From Candidatus Omnitrophota bacterium (GTDB lineage: Bacteria > Omnitrophota > Gorgyraeia > Zapsychrales > Zapsychraceae), in the NCBI GenBank assembly GCA_028280285.1, contig JANQMA010000003.1:8868-72867 (forward strand): a DNA stretch of 64,000 nt. Reading direction: 5' to 3'. A program made the translations under genes and the position numbers. The notes beneath the pieces were generated by a model, which saw only the letters and a program-made list of their open reading frames with translations, was not told where the DNA came from and ran no database searches. Shown one piece after another: positions 28,391 to 38,058 of this stretch (positions are counted from its first letter, which is position 1; every line of letters starts with the position of its first letter).

Positions 28391-29662
28391 ATGAACAAGC
28401 TATTACAAAAAATTCAAGAGTCAAAGCCATACCGTAATCTGCTGATATTTTTTGCGATTATGGGCCCCGGGATTATTACGGCGAATGTTGATAATGACGC
28501 CGGGGGCATTGCGACGTATTCTTTGGCCGGCGCCCATTACGGTTATACGCTTATCTGGTCTTTGATTCCGATTACGATCGCCCTTGTCATTGTCATGGAG
28601 ATGTGCGCACGTATGGCGGTGGCCACGGGCAAAGGACTGGCTGATCTTATCCGTGAAAACTATGGGGTCAAAATTACGTTTTATATGATGGTTGCGCTTT
28701 TTTTCGTGAATCTGACAAATGTCATGGCTGAGTTTGCCGGGGTGGCCGCTAGTTTAGAAATATTTGGAATCAGTAAATACATAAGTGTGCCGCTGGCCGG
28801 ACTTTTTGTTTGGATGCTTGTTGTTAAAGGAACGTATCGTTCGGTCGAGAAGGTATTTTTATTTGCCTGTTTGTTCTATGTGGCCTATATTATATCAGGT
28901 GTGATTGCTAAACCGGACTGGAAAGAGGTATTTCAACAAACAATTAATCCGCAAATTGATTGGTCGCTTGATTATACGGTGATGCTGGTTGGTCTGGTCG
29001 GGACAACCATTGCCCCATGGATGACGTTTTATCTGCAATCATCCACGGTTGAAAAAGGTGTTGCAGTGGAAGATTACGATCATCTGCGTTTGGATGTGGT
29101 CGGCGGTTCGATCATCGCGCCGATTGTGGCCTTTTTTATTATCGTTGCTTGTGCGGCAACACTGCATAAGGCTGGTATAACAATTCATTCAGCCAAAGAG
29201 GCGGCGCTCGCGCTGAAACCGCTGGCCGGCAATTACGCGACGATTTTATTTTCCGGCGGTCTGTTCATTGCTTCCATTTTTGCCGCGAGCATACTGCCTA
29301 TTTCCACGGCCTACAGTGTTTGCGAGGGTATGGGTTGGGATGCCGGTGTTGATAAGCGGACCGAAGAGGCGCCGCAGTTTTTCTGGCTGTACGCAGTTAT
29401 GATTATCATTGGCGCAGGGGTTGTGCTTATTCCAAACTTTCCGCTTTTAAAAATGATGTATTTATCGCAGGTGGGCAACGGTATATTGCTTCCGATCGTC
29501 CTGGTGCTTATGGTGCGGCTGAGTAATGACAGAGATATTATGGGTGAGTTTACCAACAGCCGCTGGCTTAATATTGTCACGTGGATTACCGTTTCAGTGA
29601 TTATTGTTTTAACACTGTTTATGGTAGGATTTTTGTTTTTATTTCCAAATACAGTAATTTAA
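28391..29662 (+). CDS. mntH: Nramp-family divalent metal transporter
   Basis: GPGIITANVDNDAGGIATYS (Nramp DPGN-like motif), MPH-like region, 11-12 TM helices. Confidence 0.8.
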   Translation: MNKLLQKIQESKPYRNLLIFFAIMGPGIITANVDNDAGGIATYSLAGAHYGYTLIWSLIPITIALVIVMEMCARMAVATGKGLADLIRENYGVKITFYMMVALFFVNLTNVMAEFAGVAASLEIFGISKYISVPLAGLFVWMLVVKGTYRSVEKVFLFACLFYVAYIISGVIAKPDWKEVFQQTINPQIDWSLDYTVMLVGLVGTTIAPWMTFYLQSSTVEKGVAVEDYDHLRLDVVGGSIIAPIVAFFIIVACAATLHKAGITIHSAKEAALALKPLAGNYATILFSGGLFIASIFAASILPISTAYSVCEGMGWDAGVDKRTEEAPQFFWLYAVMIIIGAGVVLIPNFPLLKMMYLSQVGNGILLPIVLVLMVRLSNDRDIMGEFTNSRWLNIVTWITVSVIIVLTLFMVGFLFLFPNTVI

Positions 29663-29691
29663 TAATATTAGTTTTAATAGGAAAGGGTATT

Positions 29692-29994
29692 ATGAAAAAA
29701 ATTGAAGCAATTGTCCGAAAAGAGAAATTTGATGATGTCATTAAAGAATTGGAAGATATGGGCATTGGCGGGGTAACTGTTACAGAGGCGGTTGGTTTCG
29801 GCCATCACCGTAATGGCCTTAAACCCAAGATGAAAATTGACATTTATGCGGATGAATTCACCGTAGATAAGGTAATTGACGCCATCCGTAAAGTGGCTAA
29901 AACCGGCACAACCGGAGACGGCAAAATTGCCGTTTTTTCGATTGAGAATATCATCAAAATCCGCACAGGGGATGAGGGCGCAAGCGCCATTTAG
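29692..29994 (+). CDS. P-II family nitrogen regulatory protein
   Basis: MKKIEAIVRKEKFDDVIKELEDMGIGGVTVTEAVGFG. 101 aa, with T-loop region. Confidence 0.8.
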   Translation: MKKIEAIVRKEKFDDVIKELEDMGIGGVTVTEAVGFGHHRNGLKPKMKIDIYADEFTVDKVIDAIRKVAKTGTTGDGKIAVFSIENIIKIRTGDEGASAI

Positions 29995-30066
29995 AGGTGT
30001 TAGGTGTAAGGTTTTGGGTTTTAGGTCGACTAACACCCAACACCCAACACCTAAAACCTAGAACCT
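29995..30066. repeat. degenerate inverted repeat, gtgttagg family
   Basis: gaggtgttaggtgtaaggttttgggttttaggtcgac / taacacccaacacccaacacctaaaacctagaacc. Confidence 0.8.
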
Positions 30067-30183
30067 TTTGGGGGCAGGGTTTGTAAATATTTGTTTACAT
30101 TTGGCCTACCTATACTATAATGTTGGCTTCGTTGGGACTAATGTTTTATACTTAATAAAGAAACTAAAAGGTGGTGATTAAAG

Positions 30184-30336
30184 CATGATCGAAGTTAAAG
30201 TCCAGGATCCTGGTAATTTCGAACGCGCGATGCGCGCTTTCAAGAAAGCGTGCCAGAAAGACGGTTTTATGATGGAATTAAAGGAAAGACGATTCTACGT
30301 AAAGCCATCTGAGAAAAAACGTAAAAAACGCAAGTA
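30184..30336 (+). CDS. rpsU: 30S ribosomal protein S21
   Basis: Not in the ORF track (50 aa). MIEVKVQDPGNFERAMRAFKKACQKDGFMMELKERRFYVKPSEKKRKKRK. SD aaaggtgg upstream. Confidence 0.8.
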
Positions 30337-30344
30337 ATATACAC

Positions 30345-30392
30345 CCGCCCCGGCTGCTTCGCTTTGCGAAGCAAAGCGGCCGGGGAGCCGGG
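30345..30392 (+). terminator. hairpin terminator after rpsU (gcttcgc..gcgaagc element)
   Basis: ccccggctgcttcgctttgcgaagcaaagcggccgggg. Confidence 0.55.
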
Positions 30393-30444
30393 GTTCTCAT
30401 TTCAAGCCTATCCAGGCATTTAATTAGCTTTTCAAGGATTACAC

Positions 30445-32001
30445 ATGTTAAAGGTACAAAGAGCACTCATCAGTGTTTCTGACAAAAAAGGAATTGTTCC
30501 TTTTGCCAAGGGATTGGTGGCCTTAGGGGTGGAAGTTCTCTCAACAGGAGGTACGGCCAAACTACTCAGGGAAAACGGTCTTAAGGTAACCGATGTGTCG
30601 GATTTTACAGGATTTCCCGAAATGCTGGATGGACGCGTTAAGACGCTGCATCCAAAAGTGCATGGGGGCATTCTTGCCATGCGCGATAAGAAAACCCACA
30701 TGGAGCAGGTCAAAGAACACAAGATCGATCTTATTGATATGGTTGTAGTTAATCTTTACCCGTTTGCGGCAACCGTTAAAAAGAAAAATGTAAGCCTGGA
30801 AGAAGCGATTGAAAATATTGATATTGGCGGGCCGACCATGCTCAGGTCTGCGGCCAAGAATTACAAAGGTGTTGCGGTTGTTTGTAATCCGGAAAAATAC
30901 AAATCGATTCTCGATGAGCTGGATCAAAACAGTGGTCTTCTGTCTGACACGGTGTTATTTAAACTGTCTGTCGAAGCATTTACCCATACGGCCCAGTATG
31001 ATGCGATGATTTCCTCCTTTTTATCCGACCGTATTTCATCGTCGGATTTTGATGAGCTGCCTAAAGGGGTAACCCTTCAATTTGAAAAAGCGCAAGACCT
31101 GCGGTATGGAGAAAATCCTCATCAGGCGGCCGCTTTTTATAAAGATAAAAACGAGGACTTTGGATTTGCGGACTTTAAACAGATTCACGGCAAAGAGCTT
31201 TCCTTTAATAATATATATGATCTAAACGCGGCATTGGATTTTGTGCGTGGTTTTAAAGAGCCGGCGGCCGTGATTATTAAACATAATAATCCGACCGGTC
31301 TTGCGCAAAATAAAGATTTGGCGACGGCCTATAAACAGGCGCACAGTTGTGATCCTGTATCAGCCTTTGGGGGGATTATCGGCTTAAATGCCAAAGTCGA
31401 TGCCAAGACAGCTACGCTTATTGCAAAGAGCGGGTTTATGGAATGTGTGTTGGCGCCGGGCTTTGCGCGTGAGGCGCTTAAGGTGCTCAAGGCTAAGAAG
31501 AATCTGCGTTTGGTGGAAATGAATTTCAAAAAGCTTGCCAAAGGCGGTTATGATTATAAAAAGGTTGCCGGCGGATTGCTTCTTCAGGAAAAAGACGAGT
31601 TTGATATTGCGGCTCGGGATTTGAAAGTCGTGACCAAGAAAAAACCGACCAAGACCCAAATTGAGGGGATGCTTTTCGGGTGGAGGATGATCAAAAATGT
31701 TAAGTCTAACGCGATTATTCTTGTTAAAGGGCAAAAGTGTGTTGGCATTGGCTGCGGACAGACATCCCGTGTTGAGGCAGCCAAAATAGCTATTGCCAAG
31801 GCCGGCCGTGACGCCAAAGGCTCTGTTTTAATCTCCGATGCTTTTATTCCCCATATTGATAATGTTCAACTGGCGGCCAAGGCCGGTATTGCTGCGATCA
31901 TCCAAACAGGCGGATCGGTTGTTGATAAGGAAGTCATCGCCGAGGCTGATAAAGCGAAAATAGCTATGGTGATGAGCGGCATTCGTCACTTTAAGCATTG
32001 A
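30445..32001 (+). CDS. purH: bifunctional AICAR transformylase / IMP cyclohydrolase
   Basis: ALISVSDKKGIV..LSTGGTAKLL..VKTLHPKVHGGILA. Confidence 0.9.
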   Translation: MLKVQRALISVSDKKGIVPFAKGLVALGVEVLSTGGTAKLLRENGLKVTDVSDFTGFPEMLDGRVKTLHPKVHGGILAMRDKKTHMEQVKEHKIDLIDMVVVNLYPFAATVKKKNVSLEEAIENIDIGGPTMLRSAAKNYKGVAVVCNPEKYKSILDELDQNSGLLSDTVLFKLSVEAFTHTAQYDAMISSFLSDRISSSDFDELPKGVTLQFEKAQDLRYGENPHQAAAFYKDKNEDFGFADFKQIHGKELSFNNIYDLNAALDFVRGFKEPAAVIIKHNNPTGLAQNKDLATAYKQAHSCDPVSAFGGIIGLNAKVDAKTATLIAKSGFMECVLAPGFAREALKVLKAKKNLRLVEMNFKKLAKGGYDYKKVAGGLLLQEKDEFDIAARDLKVVTKKKPTKTQIEGMLFGWRMIKNVKSNAIILVKGQKCVGIGCGQTSRVEAAKIAIAKAGRDAKGSVLISDAFIPHIDNVQLAAKAGIAAIIQTGGSVVDKEVIAEADKAKIAMVMSGIRHFKH

Positions 32002-32003
32002 AA

Positions 32004-32062
32004 TAGTGGTCTGTGCTCTGTGATCAGTGGTCAGATCACGGACCACGGACCACAGAACACCA
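32004..32062. repeat. degenerate inverted repeat, ggtcagtg family
   Basis: tagtggtctgtgctctgtgatcagtggtcagatcacggaccacggaccacagaacacc. Confidence 0.8.
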
Positions 32063-32071
32063 TTTTGAAAT

Positions 32072-33433
32072 ATGAATTATAAAGAAGCCTTAAAGTATCT
32101 CGATTCCTTCATCAATTATGAATCGGTTAAGGCCAAAAACTTTCCGCGTCATTTTCACTTAATCCGTGTTGATAAACTCCTTTCTCTTATCGGCAATCCG
32201 CATAAACAATTAAAGTCCGTTCACATCGCCGGTTCCAAAGGCAAAGGTTCGACGGCAAACTTTTTAACGCATATATTAAAATGCGCGGACTACAAAGTCG
32301 GCCTGTATACCTCACCCCATGTATATGATTTTAAAGAGCGTATCGCTGTTTTTCATAAAGACAGCACGTCCAGTTTGTTTGACAATTCTATTTCCGAAGC
32401 AGCGCTTGCGCAGTGTATTAGTGAAATCAAACCGGCGATTGAAGAAGTCCGCCATGACGAAGAGCTTGGCCGGCTGTCCTTTTTCGAAGTTTTTACAGTT
32501 GCCGCCTTATATTATTTTGCGAAACAAAGAGTCGATTTTGCGGTTATCGAAACCGGTTTAGGAGGAAGGCTTGATGCAACTAATGTTATTGATTCAATGA
32601 TAGCAATCATAACCCCGATCGGATTGGAACATACACATGTCTTAGGGAAAACTTTAGATAAAATTGCCGCAGAAAAGATTGCGATTGTGAAAACCAAAGG
32701 ACAGGGTGTTGTTGTTTCCCGTCAAGAAGCCCCGGCAAAAGAAGTGATTACAACACACTGTACAGAGCTTAAATGCAATCCGGTTTGGGTAGACGATGAG
32801 TTTAAATTTATGATCACAAATAAAGGTTTAGAAGGTCAGACATTTGTTATTAAAAGTGAAACCGACTGCATACCTTTATGCACTAAACTCATTGGCGATC
32901 ATCAAGCGGAAAATGTATGTAATGCGATTGCCGCGGTTAAATTGCTTAGAGAATGGGGATATGTTGTATCCGGCGATGCCATTATCGACGGCACACTGAG
33001 TGCTGAGTGGCCGATCCGTTTTGAGGTGATTGATTTAAATCCAACGATTATTTTAGATGCGGCCCATACAGGTGAGTCTGTCCGGTCTTTAATCCAGACG
33101 GTAAAGTCCGTTCTTAAAGATAAAAGAATAAAAATCATTTTAGGTATTTCAGATGATAAAGATATTAAAACCATGTGTGCCCAGTTAAAAGAAATAAGCG
33201 ATGATATTATTTTAACCCGTGCCGTTCACAAAAGAGCGCACGTTTTTACGGATGAAGATAATAAACGTTACTTCGATAATCAGGCGCGGTTGACGCATTG
33301 TGTCGACGGCGCCCTTGACTTGGCGCTTCAAGGGATGGCGCAAGATGAGGCCTTGGTTATTACAGGCTCAGTATTTGTGGCCAGTGAAGCGCGGAAATTA
33401 TTGAAGGAAGAAAGAGAAAATGTATCAGTATAA
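32072..33433 (+). CDS. folC: folylpolyglutamate synthase / dihydrofolate synthase
   Basis: HIAGSKGKGST Mur-ligase P-loop. 453 aa. Confidence 0.8.
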   Translation: MNYKEALKYLDSFINYESVKAKNFPRHFHLIRVDKLLSLIGNPHKQLKSVHIAGSKGKGSTANFLTHILKCADYKVGLYTSPHVYDFKERIAVFHKDSTSSLFDNSISEAALAQCISEIKPAIEEVRHDEELGRLSFFEVFTVAALYYFAKQRVDFAVIETGLGGRLDATNVIDSMIAIITPIGLEHTHVLGKTLDKIAAEKIAIVKTKGQGVVVSRQEAPAKEVITTHCTELKCNPVWVDDEFKFMITNKGLEGQTFVIKSETDCIPLCTKLIGDHQAENVCNAIAAVKLLREWGYVVSGDAIIDGTLSAEWPIRFEVIDLNPTIILDAAHTGESVRSLIQTVKSVLKDKRIKIILGISDDKDIKTMCAQLKEISDDIILTRAVHKRAHVFTDEDNKRYFDNQARLTHCVDGALDLALQGMAQDEALVITGSVFVASEARKLLKEERENVSV

Positions 33434-34814
33434 AGGACTTGAAGACACGATTGCAGCTATATCCACGCCCTCCGGGCAGGGAGGTATTGGTATAATCCGC
33501 ATTAGCGGTAAGGATGCTATTAATGTCGCCGATCAAGTGTTTAAGCCTAAAAGCAAAAAATCAATTTCTGCCGCGCGCAGTTATACCGTACACTATGGCT
33601 GGATTGCCGATGATCGTGATGAGATTATCGATGAAGTCCTTTTAACAATTATGCGCGGACCAAAGAGCTATACAACCGAAGATGTGATTGAAATCAGCTG
33701 TCATGGCGGTATTATTTCTTTGCGTGCGATCCTTAAGCAAGTAACAGATAAAGGTGCCCGTCTCGCCGAGCCAGGAGAGTTTACTAAGCGTGCTTTTCTT
33801 AATGGGCGTATTGATTTAACACAGGCCGAGGCCGTGCTTGATATTATTAATTCCAAGACCGATGCTTTTCTTAAAGTCAGCACTAATCAACTTAAAGGGG
33901 AGCTTTCTCACGAGCTTGCCGTAATCCGCGAACATATTTTAAACACCTATGTTGAGATGGAAGCGATTGTTAATTTTCCTGAAGATGATATCGATAGTGA
34001 AGGCCGCAAAAAATTATCCTATGATATTGAAAAGGCTAAGAGCAAAATTGATCAACTCCTTTTAGAAAGTGATCAAGGACGTATTCTGCGTGAAGGCATG
34101 AAACTTGTTTTATGCGGCAAACCCAATGTCGGTAAATCATCGCTCTTAAATGTTCTTTTAAAGACAGAGCGTGCGATTGTCTCTGATGTAGCCGGCACGA
34201 CGAGAGATACGATTGAAGAAAGTGCGCAGATCAATGGTGTGCCGTTTCAGGTTATAGATACTGCCGGGATTTTAAACCCTCGTGATCAAATAGAAGAAGA
34301 AGCGATTAAACGTTCAGAAATGTCTATGCAAGGGGCGGACATTGTTCTTGTTGTTTTAGATGGCGGTCAAGAATTAGATGAAAAAGACCACGCAATAATG
34401 CAGACAGTTAAAGGTCAGAATGCTTTGGTTGTTATTAATAAATCAGATCTTGACAATAAAGTGGATAAGTCAGAGATAATTGGATTTTTCGATGAAAAAC
34501 GGATAGTTAATGTGTCTGCACTCAATAAGAGCGGCGTTGATCAGTTAAGGGAATCAATTGTTTATAATGTTCTTCATACAGAAGCGATTAATGTTCACGG
34601 AACGGTTGTGAGCAATCTTCGCCACATTCAATCACTTAAAGAAGCGCAAACGCTTCTTGCTTCTTCCCAAAAAGGATTATTAGAAAATCTTTCCTTAGAA
34701 TTTGTATCAGAAGATCTAAAGCAATCCGTCAATCATCTCGACGCTATTACGGGTAAGAATATTGATGTCGATTTGCTCGACACCATCTTTTCGCAATTCT
34801 GTATTGGAAAGTAA
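33420..34814 (+). CDS. mnmE: tRNA modification GTPase MnmE
   Basis: TIAAISTPSGQGGIGIIRISG N-domain. G-domain GKPNVGKSSLLN, DTAG. C-terminal CIGK. Confidence 0.9.
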   Translation: MYQYKGLEDTIAAISTPSGQGGIGIIRISGKDAINVADQVFKPKSKKSISAARSYTVHYGWIADDRDEIIDEVLLTIMRGPKSYTTEDVIEISCHGGIISLRAILKQVTDKGARLAEPGEFTKRAFLNGRIDLTQAEAVLDIINSKTDAFLKVSTNQLKGELSHELAVIREHILNTYVEMEAIVNFPEDDIDSEGRKKLSYDIEKAKSKIDQLLLESDQGRILREGMKLVLCGKPNVGKSSLLNVLLKTERAIVSDVAGTTRDTIEESAQINGVPFQVIDTAGILNPRDQIEEEAIKRSEMSMQGADIVLVVLDGGQELDEKDHAIMQTVKGQNALVVINKSDLDNKVDKSEIIGFFDEKRIVNVSALNKSGVDQLRESIVYNVLHTEAINVHGTVVSNLRHIQSLKEAQTLLASSQKGLLENLSLEFVSEDLKQSVNHLDAITGKNIDVDLLDTIFSQFCIGK

Positions 34815-34888
34815 TTGTATTTAGTAATTGGTAGTTGGTAATTGGCGCTCGATCATTAACTCCAATTACTAATTACCAAATACAATGC
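34812..34888. repeat. degenerate inverted repeat, gtaattgg family
   Basis: gtaattgtatttagtaattggtagttggtaattgg / ctccaattactaattaccaaatacaatg, between the convergent genes mnmE and cvpA. Arm mismatches are all A/G transitions. Confidence 0.8.
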
Positions 34889-35669
34889 TTTTAAACAAAA
34901 TAACCTTCGGCTCCGTTTTCTTTTTAACGGCTTTGGAGGAAGGCTTCTTGGCATTTGAGGCGTTTGCGATCAGTTCTTTTTGAAAATCAAAAAGTTTTTG
35001 CATTGCATCAGGGTCTTGCATCAGCGCTTGAATTTTTGGATTTTTAAGAAGACTAACAAAATCTTTTTCTTCAATCTGCCGCAATGTTTCTTTATCGCTT
35101 AACAAATCTCTAACAGATGAATCTTTCATTAAGTTTTTGTAGCTTTTTGTCTGACGGGCTTGCTCTGCCTTTTGAGGGTTTTGTAAAACTTGGGAAATAT
35201 TACTTATTGCTTTTACCGGATCTTTATTATCTGCCGGGATAAACTCACTGATCCATTGGATGATTTTTGATGCTTTAATATTGTTTTGCACAGTTGTGAC
35301 GGCGGCCATTTTTAAAGGAATCAATGTGATTAACAGGATAAAAATCAAAAAAAGTGTCCCGCTCCAGATAACGCTGAAGACACCGCCACAAATCCGGCTA
35401 AGGTTTGATAATTCTTTTTCTTCGGACGTAAATGCCTTGAAAAACATCTTAGCGAATAAGCCAAGCGCGATATGGATAATAAACGGACCGAATAATCCTA
35501 TGATCAGGGCAAGGACGATATTGCCATTAACCATATAAATGTAATAGGAGATGGCTGTTCCTAAAAAGAGGGAAATGGGGCCGAGTAATGTTTTAAGAAA
35601 ACCCTTGAGGGCCCCCCTTAAAAAGGCGATTGTAAAAACAGTTGCTAGAATAAAATCAGTCTCATTCAT
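34869..35669 (-). CDS. cvpA: CvpA-family membrane protein
   Basis: Start at MNETDFILATVFTIAFLRGALKGF. Four N-terminal TM helices plus a soluble tail. Confidence 0.65.
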   Translation of the reverse strand: MNETDFILATVFTIAFLRGALKGFLKTLLGPISLFLGTAISYYIYMVNGNIVLALIIGLFGPFIIHIALGLFAKMFFKAFTSEEKELSNLSRICGGVFSVIWSGTLFLIFILLITLIPLKMAAVTTVQNNIKASKIIQWISEFIPADNKDPVKAISNISQVLQNPQKAEQARQTKSYKNLMKDSSVRDLLSDKETLRQIEEKDFVSLLKNPKIQALMQDPDAMQKLFDFQKELIANASNAKKPSSKAVKKKTEPKVILFKSIVFGN

Positions 35670-35789
35670 GGGCAGTAGTATATCATTGTTGATTCTCAAA
35701 GCAACCGTTTAAAAGGGATTTAATCGTTGTGGGGACAAATTTTCACATAAACTGTTGCTTTTTTTGAAATTTTGTACTATATTTAAATA

Positions 35790-35985
35790 ACAATAAGCAG
35801 TAACTTTCATCCTAAAGCAGAATGCCACGGCTGTTACGGGACGAGCGCTTCAAAAGCGCGAATGGTGTTTTGCGGAGGGGATCCTCCTAAGTGCTTTTAA
35901 AATAAAAACTTATGAAATTCATTGCATTGTGTAACTATTATTCATAGAATAATCTTGGTCTAGATTATTGGGTAAGTGGGGAGAG
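35790..35985 (+). promoter_or_regulatory. long structured 5' leader upstream of tandem PilZ genes (candidate riboswitch-like element)
   Basis: Possible promoter TTGCTT-N16-TATATT around 35770-35797. Hairpins gcgcttcaaaagcgc and ggaggggatcctcc. Motif cgggacgagcgc loosely resembles the GEMM GGGACGCAAAGC core. Confidence 0.25.
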
Positions 35986-36297
35986 ATGAATAACAAACGC
36001 AAATCAGAACGCTTCGATTGTTTGGTCCCGGTTGACGGGCAGCAGACGAGTGTTTTTTCTCAATTAAAGACAATTGACTTCAGCAGCACGGGACTTGGTT
36101 TTATCTCCAAAAATGAAATTCCGGTCGATCAAGAAATAGCCATTGAACTGGATCTTAAGGAATATGATGATCCTGCTTTTGTTGTGGGTATTGTTAAATG
36201 GGTGTGCAAGACAGAAAATGGTGATTATCGTATAGGGCTGCATTTTAAAGATTTAATCGATGATTCTAAGACACGTATTGATCGATATTTTTCATAA
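35986..36297 (+). CDS. PilZ-domain protein
   Basis: RKSERFD (RxxxR) and DFSSTGLGF (DxSxxG). SD gtggggagag. Confidence 0.6.
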   Translation: MNNKRKSERFDCLVPVDGQQTSVFSQLKTIDFSSTGLGFISKNEIPVDQEIAIELDLKEYDDPAFVVGIVKWVCKTENGDYRIGLHFKDLIDDSKTRIDRYFS

Positions 36298-36311
36298 ACA
36301 ACTAAAATCAA

Positions 36312-36662
36312 ATGAGTTTTGAATTAACCGAACAGTCAGAAAGACGCCTTTGGGAGAGGTTTCCGGCCCGTTTTCCGGCCAAAATAAAGGACGCCAGAGA
36401 CGGTTTTGGGGAAGGTTTAAGCCTTTCTGATGCCTCTGCCACTGGCGCGCGCCTAATTAGCCGTGACAGATTTTATTTGAATGACAGCATTGCTGTACAG
36501 GTGCAGGTGCCGGACGGTCAAAGCCCTATGAATATGAAAGGGGAGGTTGTTTGGGCTAGACAGAAAGAAAACAGTAGTTGGGAGATTGGCATGCAGTTTC
36601 ATAAAGTTGAGTTTATGCATTTAACGCGTTTATATAAGTTTATTAATCCTTCCTTAGATTAG
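36312..36662 (+). CDS. PilZ-domain protein
   Basis: RRLWERF (RxxxR) and DASATGARL (DxSxxG). Confidence 0.6.
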   Translation: MSFELTEQSERRLWERFPARFPAKIKDARDGFGEGLSLSDASATGARLISRDRFYLNDSIAVQVQVPDGQSPMNMKGEVVWARQKENSSWEIGMQFHKVEFMHLTRLYKFINPSLD

Positions 36663-36765
36663 CTTCCTTACCTATTTATATCTTGACCCACCAAATGCTC
36701 TATGTTAATATGTGCGGAATATTTATTCCTGGGCCTTCTTAATAATCTTAATATAGCAGGAGTTT

Positions 36766-38055
36766 TTGATGAAAAACGTGCTGGCCTTAGTGCTTTGTTT
36801 ATTTACATGTATAGGTTGCGGACAACCCAAGCAAGATGCTAATACAGTAACGTTATGGCATTGGATGACAGATCGCAATGATGCTTTTCAAGCATTGGCT
36901 GCCAAATATGAAGAAGAAACGGGAATTAAAGTTCAAATTGATTTATACCCGCCGTCAGACGCCTACACACAAAGAATCATCGCCTCAGCGCAGGCGCGCG
37001 TCCTTCCGGACATATACGGAATCTTAGATAAAAAACAAGTTTTTGCCTCATTCATTGAAAGTGGTTTTGTCGCTGATTTAACCGAAGATTTTGCCGCGAA
37101 TGACGGGGAATGGGAAAAAGCACTTTTTGCCAAAGCTTTGGATGTTAACCGCTTTAAAGAAGGCAACATATATAACATCAAACCTGGTATTTATGGCGCC
37201 CCTATCGATGTAACGAATATTCAAATGCTTTATAACAAAAAACTTTTGGCCAAAGCCGGAATTGATAAAGCTCCGCAAACATTTGATGAATTTTTAGCAG
37301 CGGCACAAGCGCTTAATCGTATTGGTGTCGCCGGGCTGGTCTCCGGCTGGGGTGAGCTTTGGATGGCGGACTGCTTTGCCTCAAACTATGCGTTTAATAT
37401 TATGGGCGAAGAAAAGGTTATGGCAACGTTTAGAGGAGAGGTTCCTTATACGGATCCTGATTGGATTGCGGTATTTAATGTGTTTAAACGTATGGCTGAT
37501 GCCAAAGCCTTTGCGCCGGGTATTGTGACTAAACCCAATAAAGATGCCGAACAATCATTTGCACTCGAACGTTCGGCATTTTCTTTTAACGGTTCATGGG
37601 GGGTTAATGCCTATCACGGAATGAATCCTGATCTTGACTATGGGGTTATGATGCCGCCTGCTATTAATCCGGATAATCCGATGTACATTTGGGGAGGCGC
37701 CGGTTCTTCTTTTGTTATAAACGGGGCTTCACAAAATAAAGATCAGGCTGTGGCCTTTTTAAAATGGTTTACCGCACGCGATCAACAGGTGTTTCTCGCG
37801 CAAGAAACGAAAAACTTACCATCAAACCGCAAAGCCTTATCAAAGATACCGGAAGTATTGTCCGATTATGCTAAAGCCATGGATAATACAACGCATCCAA
37901 CCATTTGGAAGTATAATGAGCACCCTCTCGTAGCGGAAACATATCTTAAAGGCATTCAATCAATTATCATCGGCGAAAAAACACCTGAACAGGTTGCAGG
38001 AGAAGTTCAGGCTGTTAAGGAGCGTGAAATGGCCAAAGCCGAAAAACGAAAATAA
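36766..38055 (+). CDS. carbohydrate ABC transporter substrate-binding lipoprotein (family 1 SBP)
   Basis: Lipobox LFTCIGCG. Size and composition typical of sugar SBPs. Followed by two permeases. Confidence 0.75.
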   Translation: MMKNVLALVLCLFTCIGCGQPKQDANTVTLWHWMTDRNDAFQALAAKYEEETGIKVQIDLYPPSDAYTQRIIASAQARVLPDIYGILDKKQVFASFIESGFVADLTEDFAANDGEWEKALFAKALDVNRFKEGNIYNIKPGIYGAPIDVTNIQMLYNKKLLAKAGIDKAPQTFDEFLAAAQALNRIGVAGLVSGWGELWMADCFASNYAFNIMGEEKVMATFRGEVPYTDPDWIAVFNVFKRMADAKAFAPGIVTKPNKDAEQSFALERSAFSFNGSWGVNAYHGMNPDLDYGVMMPPAINPDNPMYIWGGAGSSFVINGASQNKDQAVAFLKWFTARDQQVFLAQETKNLPSNRKALSKIPEVLSDYAKAMDNTTHPTIWKYNEHPLVAETYLKGIQSIIIGEKTPEQVAGEVQAVKEREMAKAEKRK

Positions 38056-38058
38056 GAT

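Noticed and set aside
29995-30066. Strand-asymmetric composition of repeat arms (one arm lacks C, the other lacks G) as a separate signal
   Set aside because: This is the trivial consequence of complementarity of a low-complexity arm, and the low complexity itself is already covered in the repeat finding.
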